Below, piece after piece: positions 25,076 through 40,566 of a stretch of DNA of 64,000 nucleotides. Each line of letters opens with the position of its first letter. Within the stretch, counting starts at the first letter, position 1. Location: the NCBI GenBank assembly GCA_951406725.2, contig OX597815.1, positions 51,212,001 to 51,276,000 on the forward strand, written 5' to 3'. Made by a program: the position numbers and the translations under genes. Source of the DNA: Octopus vulgaris (lineage: Eukaryota). The notes under the pieces are model-generated. The model saw only the letters and a program-made list of their open reading frames with translations, ran no database searches and was not told the DNA's origin.

Positions 25076-28000
25076 TAATACTTGTTTTATCAACTTCAAA
25101 GTTGACCTCAACAAAATTTGATCACAGAACAAAGCTGGAAGGAATACTGCTATGCATTTTGTCTGGTGTGCCAACAAATCTTATCCAGCACGCCACCTTA
25201 ATGGGGATATATAATGTGTATAACAGATGTATGCTGAATATGTATATCAAATATTGGTTTCAAATATTGGCAGTGCTGTAATGTTACTTATTTTATTGAT
25301 GCCAAAAGGTAAAGTTGACCTCGACAGAATATGAACTCAGAACATAAAGATGAATGAAATGTCATTAAACATTTTGCTCAGCATGCTAACAATTCTGCCA
25401 GCTCACCACCTTTATGTATACCAATTACTAACATGTACTAAAATTAAAACACAATTGGGGAGGGGGAAATAATTTGACCAATACTAAAACGACAGGTTTC
25501 ACAGGTAAAATAGTAGTGCCTATAATATTTTCAGATATTCTTAACTGGTAAGTAGCTGATTGAGTTAATATCTAGTTTATAATGGGTTAAAGAATCTAAA
25601 GAAAACAGAAATGAAGTTCCAGAGGTTAATGGAATCATGGAAAGAAGGTGTTATTGGAAGGGTTAGTCACTGTAAAGGCAATGAGCTTATTCTTGATCCA
25701 AAAATGTGTAACATGGGAAATTAAGTCAGTTCATTTGGCAGCATTAATGAGTTTGTCTATAAACTGATTAAAATAAATTTTAGGTTACTTTTGAGAAAGG
25801 AATTCCTGTAATTTAAATAAACCTCCTACCTCTCCAAAAAGTGCATGTAATTATGATCTATAAATCTACACCCTTATATCCATCATTTAGTTGTGAACTT
25901 TTAATATATACAAAGAATATCTTTGTGAACTACAAATGCACAAATACTTATGACTTGAACTTCAACAAATTTCAGCAAAACTAACAACAGCTGTAAACAG
26001 TATATATCAGGTAACTGGTTAGACTTGCTCTGTCTTCTCTAGTTCTTTTCTTGTATAAATAAAATGTTTACTTGGATATGAGCCAAGAGGATTGACGTCC
26101 AAAACTCAATATTCATATGCACAGCTATTTTGTTATTGAGATTTGTAGTTTTTCAGAATTTTTGACAAGTGGCTTCCTGTCAAATGATCAGGTTTCAATG
26201 TTGGTTCTGGTCAAAAACAACTGCAAGAGACCGTTATCAAGTATTTACTCATGAACTGAGAATGATTTAAAGTTACTCTAGTGAAAAACAGATGCACTTA
26301 AAAACACAAATATAGGAAATCATCAATTAAGAGTGACATACTATTCAGCTGAAGTTTGAGATTGATTGGGCCACAAACTTTGGAAACTAATCTTTGGACT
26401 TCTTTTATTTTTAATTTATCTTTTAATATCTTCTTTCAGTTCTATATTTCCATGATATTTCTCCCTATAGTTTAGAGATTTGTGAAGTGTGAGACCAAAG
26501 ACCTTTGCTTTTTTTTAATATCTCTATAGCTTACCCTTTGAAACTAAAGTCACTCCATCATTCTGCTAATTTCATGTCAATACTCGACAAACTATTTAAA
26601 ACTGGTTGCACACACTCTAAAAGTTTTTACTTAAAATGATAAAAAAAAAACAAGTCATGGTACTAAATTAAGTATGGAAGAATGTCTTAAATACTGGTAC
26701 AAAAACCTATTTATTCACTAATGCTTGGATTACAATAAAAAAATTATTATTATTCAAATGCATTGTTGTTAAAATCTTTATACCACAGTGATAAAATCAT
26801 CATCATTTTACATTTTTTTCCTATGCTAGCAAGGGTTGGACAAGTCCATTCTTATTCACAATTCACAGTTCTTATTCAGAATTACTGCACTTTTAAGTGG
26901 ATTAAAGGACTGCAACTCAACTCATAACTTCATTTTTGGTTTGATTTCTACAATTGGACACCATTTCTATCACTAATGACTGAATGCACTTTACCATGGC
27001 ACTACTGCTAAAGCAACTGTCATATCCTGAACAAAACTAAAGGGTCTTTTCAACCCAACATTGTCTCAATTTATTTTCCCATTGTCTTTGCAGAATAAAT
27101 ATATCTAAATACAAGATAGATCTTATTTAGTAAATTAAAAACTTGGGTACAGTTATATTTCTTTCACATAAATGTAATACATTTTTAGCCATTTTATGGT
27201 GATTATAAATATTGAAGTTAGCCACTTTATGAATGAGAAAGACTGATATTTCAAATATGTAATCCTAGTAATGCTTCTAACACCATCAAAAAACGTTTAT
27301 GTAAGGTTTTCTAAATAAAGAAAGGTTTTACATGCAACCAGAATGGTTATAGTAGCATCTGTTATATAAGTGCTGCAATATGGACACAACCAAACAATTT
27401 AAACTAAATAATAGGTATATAATAGATTTACATTCAAGCAGTTTTCTCTGTGGACTGTCTCATTAATAGAACTAATGAATGTCGCCTATATAACATCATC
27501 AAATTTTAAGATGACCTTCATATTCTTTCTGTTATGTCATTTATTTATGCATATGCATACATATATATATGTGTATGTACACTTTATGTATATGTGCATA
27601 TATATGTATATAAACATAGATGTAGACATACAAATGTAGTCATTTGTGTGTGTGAAATTTTAAGTATGTATGCTTTTGTGCATGTGTGTATGTGTGTACT
27701 TTGCTGTGTGTAATAGGCTAATTTTGTATGTGGGCTTGTGAATTGGTGAGTGTGCTTGTGTATGTGTTTGCATACACAATATATACTCTCACACACAAAA
27801 GAGAAGAGGGGAAACAAGACTCAGCTGAAGTAAAGTGAAAATGTCTCCCTTTACAGCTGTAGATTTCCTAATTTTGCCTCAAGTCACTTTATTATCAATA
27901 GTAACTGATTGTAAAACATTCTGTTTAAAGTGGTAGTGCTTAATGTAATGGGACACTATATTGTAAGTTGGGCTTAATTTATATTCAAGATATAAAGTCT

Positions 28001-29341
28001 GTTAGGTATAATTCTTCTGCCTTAAATCAAGCTTAGAAGAGGAATCCTTTGGTGTATTGAAGCACTTGTTAAATAGAAAGGCATAAAGATATAAATATCT
28101 TTCACTGCAAATAATTTCAAAGGTTCCAATGCAAATGATACACACTTAACAACATTTATGCACAGATATTTGTAAATAAGTTTATCAGTAAAGATCCCTG
28201 AGAAAAGACATTACAAATAAGTTTATGGTTATTTTCTATATGTTCTTCGTCCAGTATTCCAGCTATTATAAATGCAGCAACTGCATCGCCATTTTCCTTT
28301 GAATACTAGTAATTATTGTTTTATTATTGGCTCCCTGTTAGTTTTACAGCTTTTGCAATAATATTTACTGTTATTACATTTACTGTGTAAGTAACAAAGC
28401 TTTTATTAGCTTACTAGTGTACCCATACCATCAATAATGACGTCAAGTATGTTTTTCTTACATAAATGCATTGAAAATGGTAATGAAATAAAGTGAAAAT
28501 ATGGGAATCTACATTTATTTCTTTATAGACATATGTACATGTTGTTGTAGACTTTTCATTGAATAACTTTGAAAAACGAAAAAAACACTTTGTGCTCAAT
28601 ATTTGCTTCAATAGTTACACAAACTGAAAATTTAGCCAAATGATCATGCAACAATGATGGGCAAGTAAACTACAAAAGCAGATTCTGCTTAGTTGTGTTT
28701 GTCAAAGTCCTTTCGTCATTTGTGACCTTTACAATGACATGCCCTCTCTACTCCAGGTCAGCTTCAGGTCTGTCCAGAAGGTTCTATTTACTATAATATT
28801 TATTTTATTACTAGGTTTTTAGAGAAAATTTTGTTCTCAAAATGATTCATTGGCTGCTCTTATTTCCTAAGTGGAGTCTCAAATTATTTTTATCTCTAGT
28901 TTTTCGGAGTGTCACAGAGTTATCCATGTAAAAAGATTAGAGAAGGAAGTTTCATTCAAACATGAATAAATAACTGACCTTGTGATTCATTAATAGTCAC
29001 AGCAAACAACATACTTAATGTTAGGGAAAACCAGAGTAATATAGTTTATTTCTATGAATCTAGTTGGATGTAGACCATGGAATGAATGATTTAGTTTTCC
29101 TTTAAACTCTAAGTTTCTTTTTCATTTTCTTCATGGAAATGTGAAATGAGTTTTCATACCATATGGCACTCATATTAACAGACTCATACACCATTTGTCA
29201 TTCATGTAAGTGGACTAATAAGTGAACAATAGCATGTGGCTTGTTTCAGAAAGCACCACATACCTTCTGGAGCACAGACATATTGACCATCATCATGTTG
29301 GATTTTTTTATCATAAGTAGTTCACTATAAAGATGAATAAG

Positions 29342-29877
29342 ATACTTGCTACTGCCCAAACAAGCAGAAATATTTATCTAGAAATGTCAGCACCACTGCT
29401 GATCTTTGTTTGCTACTGATATGTTTTTTTGGTTTTTAGCATTATACATTTATCAAAGATGCTATCTCAAGATGAATACTGTAGTTCTACAAGCTTTCAA
29501 CAATGTCTCTACTTTAAGTATGATATGCAGTTTGCTATTTTGGACTAATACTGCTTTTGTTGCTTATAATGAATTTTTATTCAAACTGCTGGCTTATTGT
29601 GAAACCAGTGATTTTTCAATCACTGTTTTACTATATCAGCAGTGGTTGATTTTTGTGCTAGCAAGCAGTTTCCAGTGAATACTTGCTACTATCACAGCTC
29701 AGAGGCAGAAATACATATTTAGCAATGTCACCAGTGTCACTGGACAATTTTTGCCTGCTTCTGATATATTTTTGTATTATTTTTAACACTGCACATTTAT
29801 AAGAGATGCTTTCTCATGATGACTACCACAGTTAACCAGGCTTTCAACTATGTGTTTGCTTTAAGTATGATACACAG
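29342..29877. repeat. Diverged tandem duplication (period about 340 bp)
   Basis: 29342-29530 and about 29679-29877 share 'ATACTTGCTACT..GCAGAAATA..AGATGCT.TCTCA.GATGA..GCTTTCAAC..CTTTAAGTATGATA'. Confidence 0.75.
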
Positions 29878-30596
29878 ATGGATGAGTGTGTGTATGCTTG
29901 CATCTATTTGTGCGAATGGGTTTGTATTGCCCTTCTGGAAGTTTGTAAGCAATGGCTCCAGACCAGATTTTTTGACTTGCAGTTCATCATCAAATAATGA
30001 TGTTAAGGTTTCTTAACATTTGTTGACATATTGTAGAATTTTTGTTCAGAAAAGGCTCTTTAAACAGTATTATTCATTTCCAGTTCCCTACATAAAACAT
30101 GTTTGGGCCATTTGTTGCTTCATAGACTGGGAGATTATTATATCATCTGGAAACAAATAGTTTCATCTGACCCATGCAAGCAGGGAACAGTAGACGTTAA
30201 AATGATAATGATGATAATTTCTTGATTGTTCTTGAGGTAAACTTGATTGGTGCTTTCTTTACCACTCTTTCACTAATCTTCCTTTGGTTGAAAGAAGTAT
30301 CTCCATAATGAGTGAACATGAAGAATATACATATTATATATTGGATATATATACATAGTAGGCACATCAATACATAGAAGGCCAGAAATGGCCAGGTCTA
30401 ATAACATAGATTTCATAGTAAGGTAAACAACATTGAAGGCATCAAGTATTGGTAGGATACTGTAGATATGCAAGTAGCAGATCCTATTTAAACCATAAAT
30501 CCAAATCTGAGGTTGGTTCTAGGTATGGTATAGGTATAGAAAGAAAACACAAATGGTGTTTAAAATTTACAAAACCATTTGTGCTTTCTTTATATA

Positions 30597-30684
<88 letters not shown>

Positions 30685-30743
30685 CCCCACCCTACACACT
30701 CACCTACACACATGTACATATATATATATATATATGCACATTA

Positions 30744-30988
30744 TTTTATTCTTTTACTTGTTTCAGTCATTTGATTGTGGCCATGCTACACCACCACTTT
30801 TAGTCAAGCAAATCGACCCCAAGACTTATTCTTTGTAAGCCTAGTACTTATTACATGGGTCTCTTTTGCCAAACTGCTAAGTTACAGGGACATAAACAGC
30901 ATCAGTTGCCAAGCAATGTTGGTGGGGACAAACACAGACACACAAACATATACTACACACACATATATACATAGGACAGGCTTCTTTC

Positions 30989-31042
<54 letters not shown>

Positions 31043-31194
31043 TTTATTTGAAAGCAGCAGAAATATACCAAAAGCTGTTATTCTGAGAAACAGCTTTTGT
31101 TATATTTCTGCTGCTTTTAAATAAAGCATATTACTCTACCTCTGGTATTTGAGTACTCTTTTTTCCACCTTGTTTCACAGTTATGTGCTTACTC

Positions 31195-31246
<52 letters not shown>

Positions 31247-31380
31247 CAGTGGGCTTCTTTCAGTTAATTAAATCTATTTACAAGGTTTTGGTCGGTCTAG
31301 GCATATAGTAGAAGATACTTGCCCAAGGTGCCATGCAATGATACTGAATCCAGAACCTTATTGTAGGGAAGTAAACTTTA
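30744..31380 (-). mobile_element. SINE family B interrupted by a (TA)n-flanked hairpin insert
   Basis: Both halves are homologous to 14995-15369. Confidence 0.75.
31042..31126. repeat. 38-bp-arm near-perfect hairpin with a 9-nt loop
   Basis: 31042-31079 versus 31089-31126, two mismatches. Confidence 0.9.
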
Positions 31381-34300
31381 TGTTAAAATGATAATGGTGA
31401 TAACTTCAGATTTAAGCAAAATTATTAATGTCAAATATTTTCCAGAAAAATTTAAAGTATTTGTAAACTATAATTATGCACTAATGTACAAAGATATTAA
31501 AAATTACCCAAAATGCTTTGCTTGACACTAAATATATAAATGCACAATGGCAATTGCTACATTGTCAATAGTTCATTTTTCTCTCAGCTGTAATTGTTCT
31601 TAGTTTAATACTTGAATTGTAATAAGTAATGATTTTGTTTTTAATACAATTATTCATTTAATAATCTCTTTTAACAATTGTCTTTTATATTTATAGATGA
31701 ACTGGAGTAATTAAATCAGATTTGTTTTATGTTCTTATAATTAAATTTGTTAGGTTTTTATAATTTATTTATATTTTATTACCATTCTTGTTGTTATTTG
31801 CTACAGAAGTTAGTTTAATAGTTTGTTTGAGTTTTTTTTTAGCAAATCCAGATGTTTTGTTGTAATTCAAACATTGTTCACAAATCTGTTAGAAGCATTA
31901 TGTTGTAATTAGCAAAGATGAAAAAGAGTAAAACCTGTAAATGAAATTAATATTTTCAATAATTTTGCATAAGATTCAATGTTGTAATTAATGAAATACT
32001 CAGATTTGTATTCAAATTAATAATCAGAGTGGTAAGCACATTTAATTAACATAAGTATTTTCTAACTCAAGAAGATCTTTATAGATGTATAGTTTATGTT
32101 ATCTAAAACCCTACAGGATCTTAATCTATCTCTCATAAAACATGCTATAAAATTGTGAGAGTGATTGAAATTATGATCACTTTTGCTTAATAAAAATGAT
32201 GAATGAAATATTTTACCAACATAAAGATTTGTTATAATCTTTTAAAGTTGTTATTATTATTCTTTAGTTCCCAGCCTATCCTTGACTGAGCAGATTTACA
32301 GTCAAAAGTATTTCAACTGTGACCAAGCCCCATGCAACAACAGCCCAAGACAGATGTGAAATGTAAGTCTTATTTAGATTGATAAAAGGTCCAGGCCTTC
32401 TGATGTGATATGTAGAATCCACTTCAGATTGTTCATTAAGTATTTTAATCATCATTGATAAATGCAAATAATTGATCTATGAATATATGCAAAGAATGTA
32501 CATGATGTACTTGCAGTTAACTGAACAGAAGAAAAGAACTAGAACAATATATCAATACAGGTGATTTTTTAGAAAATGCCCTCTTTTTCATTACAGCAGC
32601 TGAGAGAAAGTTCCATAAAATGATAAACCCATGTGAACTGGAACACATGGAGCCCCCTTTGTATGACTACTCTGTTTGTATATTTATCCAATGTCCCTTC
32701 ATTTTAGACCCTAGTGGTGAGATTTCAAAGGGATTTACTTAAATTTCTAGAAGATTTAAGCAACTTCTTACTTCATAAAGACTCCCTCCCTTGGTCCGGT
32801 ATGCTTAAAATATTTTCTTCAAGTACAATAGATCCGACCTTGTTTGAGTTATATCCCCTGGCTGTTTGGTATTTGAATTGAGCTAAAGTACCATAAAAAA
32901 CAGTGATGTTCTTGCCTGAAACTAAAACCTTGTAAAATATTATGATACCCCTTTAAGAGATTCATGCTGGAACATGTTCGTTAAATGAACTCATTACAAA
33001 TATTCAGTAAAAACAAAAACATTTGATTAGCAAACAAAATTTATCTTACAAATAAAAAATATTATTTCAAGTTTTTGGGACCAAACATGTTCTTTTTCAG
33101 ATGGAATTTCATAAAAACCAAAGAATTATATCTTGAAAATTTAATGCCAGTGTCACGTAACAGGCACCTATGCCAGTGGCACATAAAAAGCACCCTTCAA
33201 GCATAGGGCCTCATGGAGGCAATGATAAGTGACTATGGCCTTTGGTAGTATTCTGTGCTTGAGAAAACTTGTCAAGCCAAGTGAAAGTGTAGTTGTGGTC
33301 AATGCCAGTTTCACATAACTGGCACTCATGCCAGTGATATGTAAAAAGCATCCATTACATACTTTGAGTGGTTGGTGTTAGGAAGGGCGTCCAGCTGTAG
33401 AAACTATGCCAAATCAGACTGGAGTTTGATGGAAAGCAGGCACTAAATGATGATGATAGAAACTAAGAGTAACATTCTTTACTCTAATTTTTTTTTAAAA
33501 TTTATTACATTCATTTCTTCTTCTTGGATTCTTTTTTTTTTTTTTTCATGTCACTTATAGCTTTCGTCTAATTTCAGAATGTAGGAATTCTTGTATATCA
33601 TTGTATGTCTTATTTTTGATAGCCTCTACACCTTTAAGATTCTCTAAACATTTCTTCGACAGATGTAGAAAATTTGGTCTTAATTCTTTCTTTAGTATGA
33701 TACATAAGAGAATCAAAAATCAATTACCACATTAAACCATGTGTTTAGAACCCTTACAAACCTGCTGAGAGTCAGCAAACTGATCAAGATGAAACTGTCT
33801 TTTTTATTCTTCTTTTGTTTGTAACTGTTATCAACTTCCACCTGCCAGTGACAAATCACTTGAAAAAACTAAGCCTAATGTTCAAATTGAAACACTAATG
33901 AAATACTAAAAACATTTGATTAATTAAACTAGATAAAATTCTACATGCATCCTCTATTTCCTCATCTTAACCTTCGTTATTTCTCCTTTAATAGCAATGA
34001 TCAGATCATTCTGCTTGATGAAATTTTGATGATTTTTTTCTTGTTTTAGTTAATTATTTGATTTATTCTGAACTTGTATGATTACCTTTTATAATCTTGA
34101 ATTACATTTTCCTCTGTTCATCCTAATCACCAAATATTTTACTGTTTTTTGTTGTGTCTCCAACATTTTTCTTTTCTACTCATGTCCTTTAAGCTAAAGT
34201 AAAGAACCAAAGTAAATTGCTTTTTTATGATAAACTAGATCTCCATTCAAAATTATTATAAAAATTGTTTAAATTTCATCTATATTAAATAAGAGGAAAA

Positions 34301-34831
34301 TTAAAGAAGAGGGCTAGAAGATGCAGATTGCCAAGATTAAGGTAAAGGTTGCCGAAGCTCAAGAGCATGTGTATAGAAATGATGATACCTTCAAATATTG
34401 CCAAATAGAATGGTATAATGGTATACTTTCTGGGAAATAAACAGGTTGTATTAGAATATAGTTATTTTGGAATAAGTTTAATCCTTGAAGCAGAAACTAA
34501 AATTCATCTAAAACACTCAAGATATTCAATAAGCATGCTTTTAGGACATCAAGGGAAGTGGGGACGCCACAGAAATAGTAAATGGTTTAGGGCACAAAAG
34601 AACTCATTTTAAACTTGCTAAAATAATATTCGGGATGCCTTATCTCTACTAAGTATAAAATCAGATGTGTTATGTAAGATTAAATTTTGAGGATCTGATC
34701 AAAGACTTTGCAATTAAAAAATAGGAGAAAGCTTTTCTGATATAAATAAAGTGGAATTATATGAAAATAAAAATTATTTTCCATCTTATTGTTTATACTT
34801 TGAATTACACATGCGCACACGCACACACATA

Positions 34832-34867
<36 letters not shown>

Positions 34868-37800
34868 AATATATATATATATATCGGGGTACCAAAATCT
34901 TTAAAGTTCTTAGGGCTTCTATGGGTCTTAATTTAGCCCTGAATGAAGGGTGGGACAAAACATTTACCTAATATTTTTGTATTGGTTGGTTGGTTGGCTG
35001 GAAGAGTGTTTTCTTTATTTCTGCAAGTGAGGTAGGTGTCATTATTCTGAAAGCTAAGGGAGGGAATGATATAAAAAAGTGAAACTTTGGAAAAAAATTG
35101 TTTGAGAGCTTTAGCCATTATTTCTAGCTTGTTGAGCAAGTACATTGAGGCCTTCCTCCTGTCACCTGCTGGTTTAACAACATCCATGCATATGCAGTGC
35201 ATATTGTTATTCCAATAGTCGAGTGAAGGGTTGATTTAACAGACTGTTATATTGGAAAACATTGTTCTTCAGAGATTTGGCTGTTATTTCAAGCATGTCA
35301 GTAACCATATTGAGGCCTCTCTCATTTTGCTTACTAGTTTGACTAGCATCCATGCATGGGGAAAAGAGCAGTCAAGTTTAAAAGCATCCAGAATGTTGGT
35401 ATAGGAGGAGGGGGAGGGGTACTTTAAAAGTCAGGAGGGGGAGATTTCATTGAACAGTTGATATTTTGAAAATAATTTTTTTTTTTCAGAATCATCTTCA
35501 TATTTTCCTACATAGAATTCTCAATAAATTTTCAGTGAAAATCAAAAATGTGTGTGTGTGTGATGGTTGTTGTCATGTTGGTAAGCATTTGAAATTTTGA
35601 AGAGCTGGTTTGGGGACCAGATCATAAACTCTTTTGTTGAAAAGAAAATTCTAGAGAAATTTTTGAAAGAAAAATAACACAGAAAGTGGTGGGGTGCATA
35701 TTCAACTTGTCTTCCTGTAATTTCTTCTAATTTTTACAGATCATCTCTATTTTGCTCTGATCTTACAGTTTATTTGTGGATTTATGTGTGTTTGTGCAAG
35801 TGTATGTGTTAGTGGGTACATATATGTGTTCACACATACACACACACACACACAGACACACACACACACACTCTGCATATAAGCATAACTACAGTTTAAT
35901 GTCCCAGAGCTCACTCTCAAATGTGAGCAATTTTTACCCATAAGTTTTTTTTACTATTGTACCAATTTTGATGTGGTTTTCAGCTATCTTAAGCATTTAG
36001 CCTGTTTTAAAACATACCATCTAAGATAGATTAAATTTTTAAAAAAGTATATCTAACAATGTCTTTCTGACAGAAAAGTGAGGATGTTACATCATTGATA
36101 AAAGCAGATGCTATTAAAATACCCAATACTTATTCAGCCTATGTATAAATTCATTTACTTGGCACTAACAACTTCATTCCTATCATTTTCCATTAATGTT
36201 ATGTTTAATAAAAAACATTTTCTGCTAATGTTTTGTTTTTGTTTTTTTGTTTTTTGTTTTTGTTTTTTGTTTTGTTTTAGTTTTTACTAAATATTACAGA
36301 AAAGTTTTATATATTAAAATTACTAAATAAATGAATTGAATATAGCTTGAATGAATCTTGCAATATTATGATGGATAAACACCATTTCCAAATATATCAT
36401 TTAACTATGCTATTGTTGTTACTCAGATGCCAAATACATTTAGTAGTTTTCCTGTGAATTCCTTATTATTACCCATCTTGTCTAAAGCAGTAAGAAAATA
36501 GATTTGTTCTACATTTGTTTGAACATGTTTCTCACTTTAATGTTCCATTAGCAATGTAGCCTGGGATTTTGAAAGAGTATATGAAGTTTACAGGTGTACA
36601 CGGTTATTTTTTGAAGGATAAGAAATCTTCTTGGATATGTTTTCACCTATGAAGATGATATGATCTTAATATAATCTCTAGAGAGAATTATGTTTGATAT
36701 ATTTAATACAAAATATATTTAGTGAGTTTATAATTTAGTTATGATGATGTTGTTAATAGAATAAATCAGGATTTTTCTGAAAGATTATAGATGCAAGAGC
36801 TATTTTCCTTTGTGTATAGTATGAAGAGAGTAGCTTTTCCAGTATTGTTAGTTTTACATAATTTGACTTTGAAACACATACCTTGTGAGAGACTAAGAAT
36901 ATTCTTAGCAAGAATTCATTTGACGGGTTCTGCCAACCCTTGTGTATCTTTTATGTAATATTAGTCTTCAGAGAGTTGTAATGATTTTGAACATTAATTC
37001 ATCTCTGCACATTTTCGTGTCTGTAATTTTGTTCTTTTTATTTACATAGTTAAGCTTGTGTAGTGGGATTTGAAAAGTTCCACTAGTATAGAGAAAAATT
37101 AACTTAGGCAATACTTAAGTAGCTTGGATGTCAGTTACCTTTAAGCTATAGAAAAGAATATCATCCCATAAAGGTCACTTGAAGAGCAGTTAGAAAATTG
37201 ATTACAATTCTGTAAGAATGTAACAGAAAATCTATGGATAAAATGGCCTCAGTGGGAAAATGATTCTTCTTGAAAGGTAAGTAATTAGTACAAACATCTT
37301 GAAAATTTAGAATTCCTGCTCAAACAAGTATGGAAAGAAATTTTACTTTGGCTTGAATAAATGTAATATAGCTGCTTAGCAAATAAAAATAACCAAAAAA
37401 CAATGTTTTATTGTGCTAAAATCTCACATTATAAATGGCACATCTCCCATCCTATAAATGATTACTTAATCCATCAAACAGAATAGCATTTCATCTTCAG
37501 AAATTTTACATATCCCTTTGACAGGAAACAATTCACTCTTGGCATCATAAGCCATCAACTTAGTCATATCCATTTCCACTAAAAGTTATCAACATCTTTT
37601 GTCGTGTTCTGTCAATCATAGATGCAGGCATAGCCCTGTTGCTTAGAAATTCGTTTTGCAATCATGAGATTCTAGGTTTGATCTTACCTTAGTCAAGTCT
37701 CTTTAGCTTTAGCTTTAATTTAAACCAAGTCTTTCCAGTGAAACTTGATAGATAGAAACTGTATGTAGCTATTCAGATGAGGTTTCTAATCTGAAGTTAA

Positions 37801-39737
37801 CTCAATATTCCTTTCCTAAACAAATCTCGGAAGCCCTGCAAATGTGAAAGATAGAGGCTCTTCTTCCTCTTACTAATCCATAGAAAATGTTGAATAATAA
37901 AGTTGTAGTGATGTTCTTCAGAGTACAAAACCGTTTTTGTGTTGACTGAGTAGATTTATGATCAAAGGTGTCCTAGCCATGGCCACTTTATCCTTTTATA
38001 TAACAGGGTCCACATTGTTCAATGTAGACTTTATTTAGGATGGTAAAGTATGATGACTAGAGGAATATCAGGGTGGTGCAAATTTTAACAGGTTCAGTGA
38101 TTGTATAGAGACTTCATGACGTTTGTGGCTATGGTGTTAATTGTGTTGTTGTTATAATCAGTTAGCCTTAAATCAGCCCTATGTTATTCTTTTTACATCA
38201 GACACAGAGCGTCTAGGATGACATTATCTAATGGGGGTATGATTTGAGGACAAAATTGGTTGCTATTCCTAGATGATCAAGCAGCTACATAATGGCTCTC
38301 CCTGTGGGATTGTTTGAAGATAGATTTATATATAGATGTATACAAGTCTCAGAGTTTTTATTTATTTATTTTTACTCTCTAGTTATATTTAAATTCATGA
38401 ATATTGATTGAATCTCTATTTGAGCTCACAGTGACTTTATTCCTGCAGCTATTGTCCCTCTATCTAGTATTGATTGTAAAAGCTAAAGTGCCATAAAATT
38501 TATCCAACTGAATCAATGACTCAGGTTTGGGTCTCTCACTCTCCCTTTCTCTCTCTCTAGAGATTGGCATCCATCTAAAAGCTTTAATAGATTATAAGTT
38601 CTTCCTGTTTTCATTCAACAAACAGAAAAAAAAAATGATGCTCAATTTTTTACAACAGCCAGCTGAATTTATCAAAGTTGATTTGATAATGAAATACAGA
38701 TCCCTTCGTATATATATATATATATATATTTTTTTTTTTTTGCTTTTGTGAAGTTGTCAACTAGTTAATTATGTACATTAAACATCTCATATCCCTTTCT
38801 CATGCACACACTTACAAACACATCAAACAAACACACACTACTCTCAAAGCAAAGCTATAATTACACATATACACTTCTTGATTTCAAAAATGTCTTCTAG
38901 TGTCTTTTAACTATTTTCATATGAAATTTGACTATTAGTGTTCTTAGCTTTTAAGTCAGTAGCAATTAGCTTTTTCGGCAGCAATTTTTTTTCCCTTGAA
39001 AAATATACATTTTACATTTTATCTCTGAACTAGTAAGGGAGCCTCTACGTGATTGTTCAGCTTGTAAGAAAGAGCAGCCTAATCTGCTTCAAAGTTCAAC
39101 TAATAGGTCTGCAAGATCAGGACTGACCTGGGGTTGCACAACAACAACATTTTATCTTTTATCTTCTGTTGCTTTGATATAACATGACAACTGCTTGTCT
39201 TCCAGCTATAATTAACACATACATGTGAGCTCTCAAGAAATATTGAAAGATACACGCTTTTTACTTTTTCTTTTTACTTTATGTATATCCACAAACCCAT
39301 ACAAAAAGATATCATTAAAGAGGTGTATACTTTTACAAACACAAGTAAGTATATACTCAAGAGCTTCCATGCTCTCTCCCTCCCTCTCTCCCATTCTCTT
39401 TCTTTCTCTCTCCCTGTCTATACATTCATATACACAAGCATGCATACATATATATGTGTGCATATATGCATGTGTGTGTGTGTGCTTGTGTGTGTGTTGT
39501 GTGTGTGTGTGTGTGTACACGTGTGTATTTATGTCAGGTAGCTCTTCTGGTAGCATATAAGCCAATACAACCTGTTACATGGTCAGGCTGTTGGTGACTA
39601 AAGTACCCTATTCCACCAAGCAGGGTTGGTGGCATAGGGTGGTTTTTGAACATTCTACAAGATATAAAACAAAAACCTATCAAAGGGTGAATGAACTCAG
39701 GAGAGTTAATGACTATCCAGTTTCATTATAACTATAC

Positions 39738-39804
<67 letters not shown>

Positions 39805-39809
<5 letters not shown>

Positions 39810-40566
39810 AAGTAAGACAAGGTAGAAAATGCTAAAATAATTTTATCATGAAGAACAGTTTGTGACTTTTTCAACTTAAATTGTGGAAAAATTAGATGAA
39901 ATGTTTTTCAAAAATATTTCCATAGTTTTCAAGTGCAAGGGATATTTTCCATTTTTCTGTCTGTCTCTGTCTCTCTCTTTTTTTATCTTGTAGTTAGCAG
40001 CAGCTAGGTTTGGTATGAATTCTTGTCTTTGATTGTTGAAGAAGAAGAAGAATGCAGGAGGGGTATGACAGTAGCAGGATGTTGGTGGAATCCTCTTAAA
40101 TGGTCAAGTGACCTAAAGTGACCCGTGGTGGTTGTAATAGTAGTGATTGGAATTCTGATGAATAAATTTATGTGAAGTGACTGTTTTGAATATATCATTT
40201 TTAATATTTGTGTGGGTGTTATTCTAAGGCCCTAGCGATAGTGTCATTTGTGGTGGATGCATTCAAAAGAGGTTTATATTTTGTGATAAAGAATGACTCT
40301 TTATTAATGTGCTGACTACAAGTTGTATCGACCCTGAGTTGATAGAGGGGGAAAATTCTGAAGCTGGGTTGTTTGTTATTGGCGCAAATGTCGACGTGTT
40401 TGCTGAATGCTATTTTTCTGTTTTTTGGAATTTTGATCTGGGATCTGTGCCGAGCCATCCTTTGACATAGACTGTTTTTGATTTGGTCTATGTATTGCTC
40501 CCAACACCCAGAGCAGGTTAATACATATATCAGTTCTCCAAAGCACATGTGAAGTTGCTTTTCACA

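Noticed and set aside
37050-37276. Exon with in-frame stops rescued by RNA editing or an alternative genetic code
   Set aside because: Six stops in about 76 codons is roughly what random AT-rich DNA gives, and no recognisable protein emerges.
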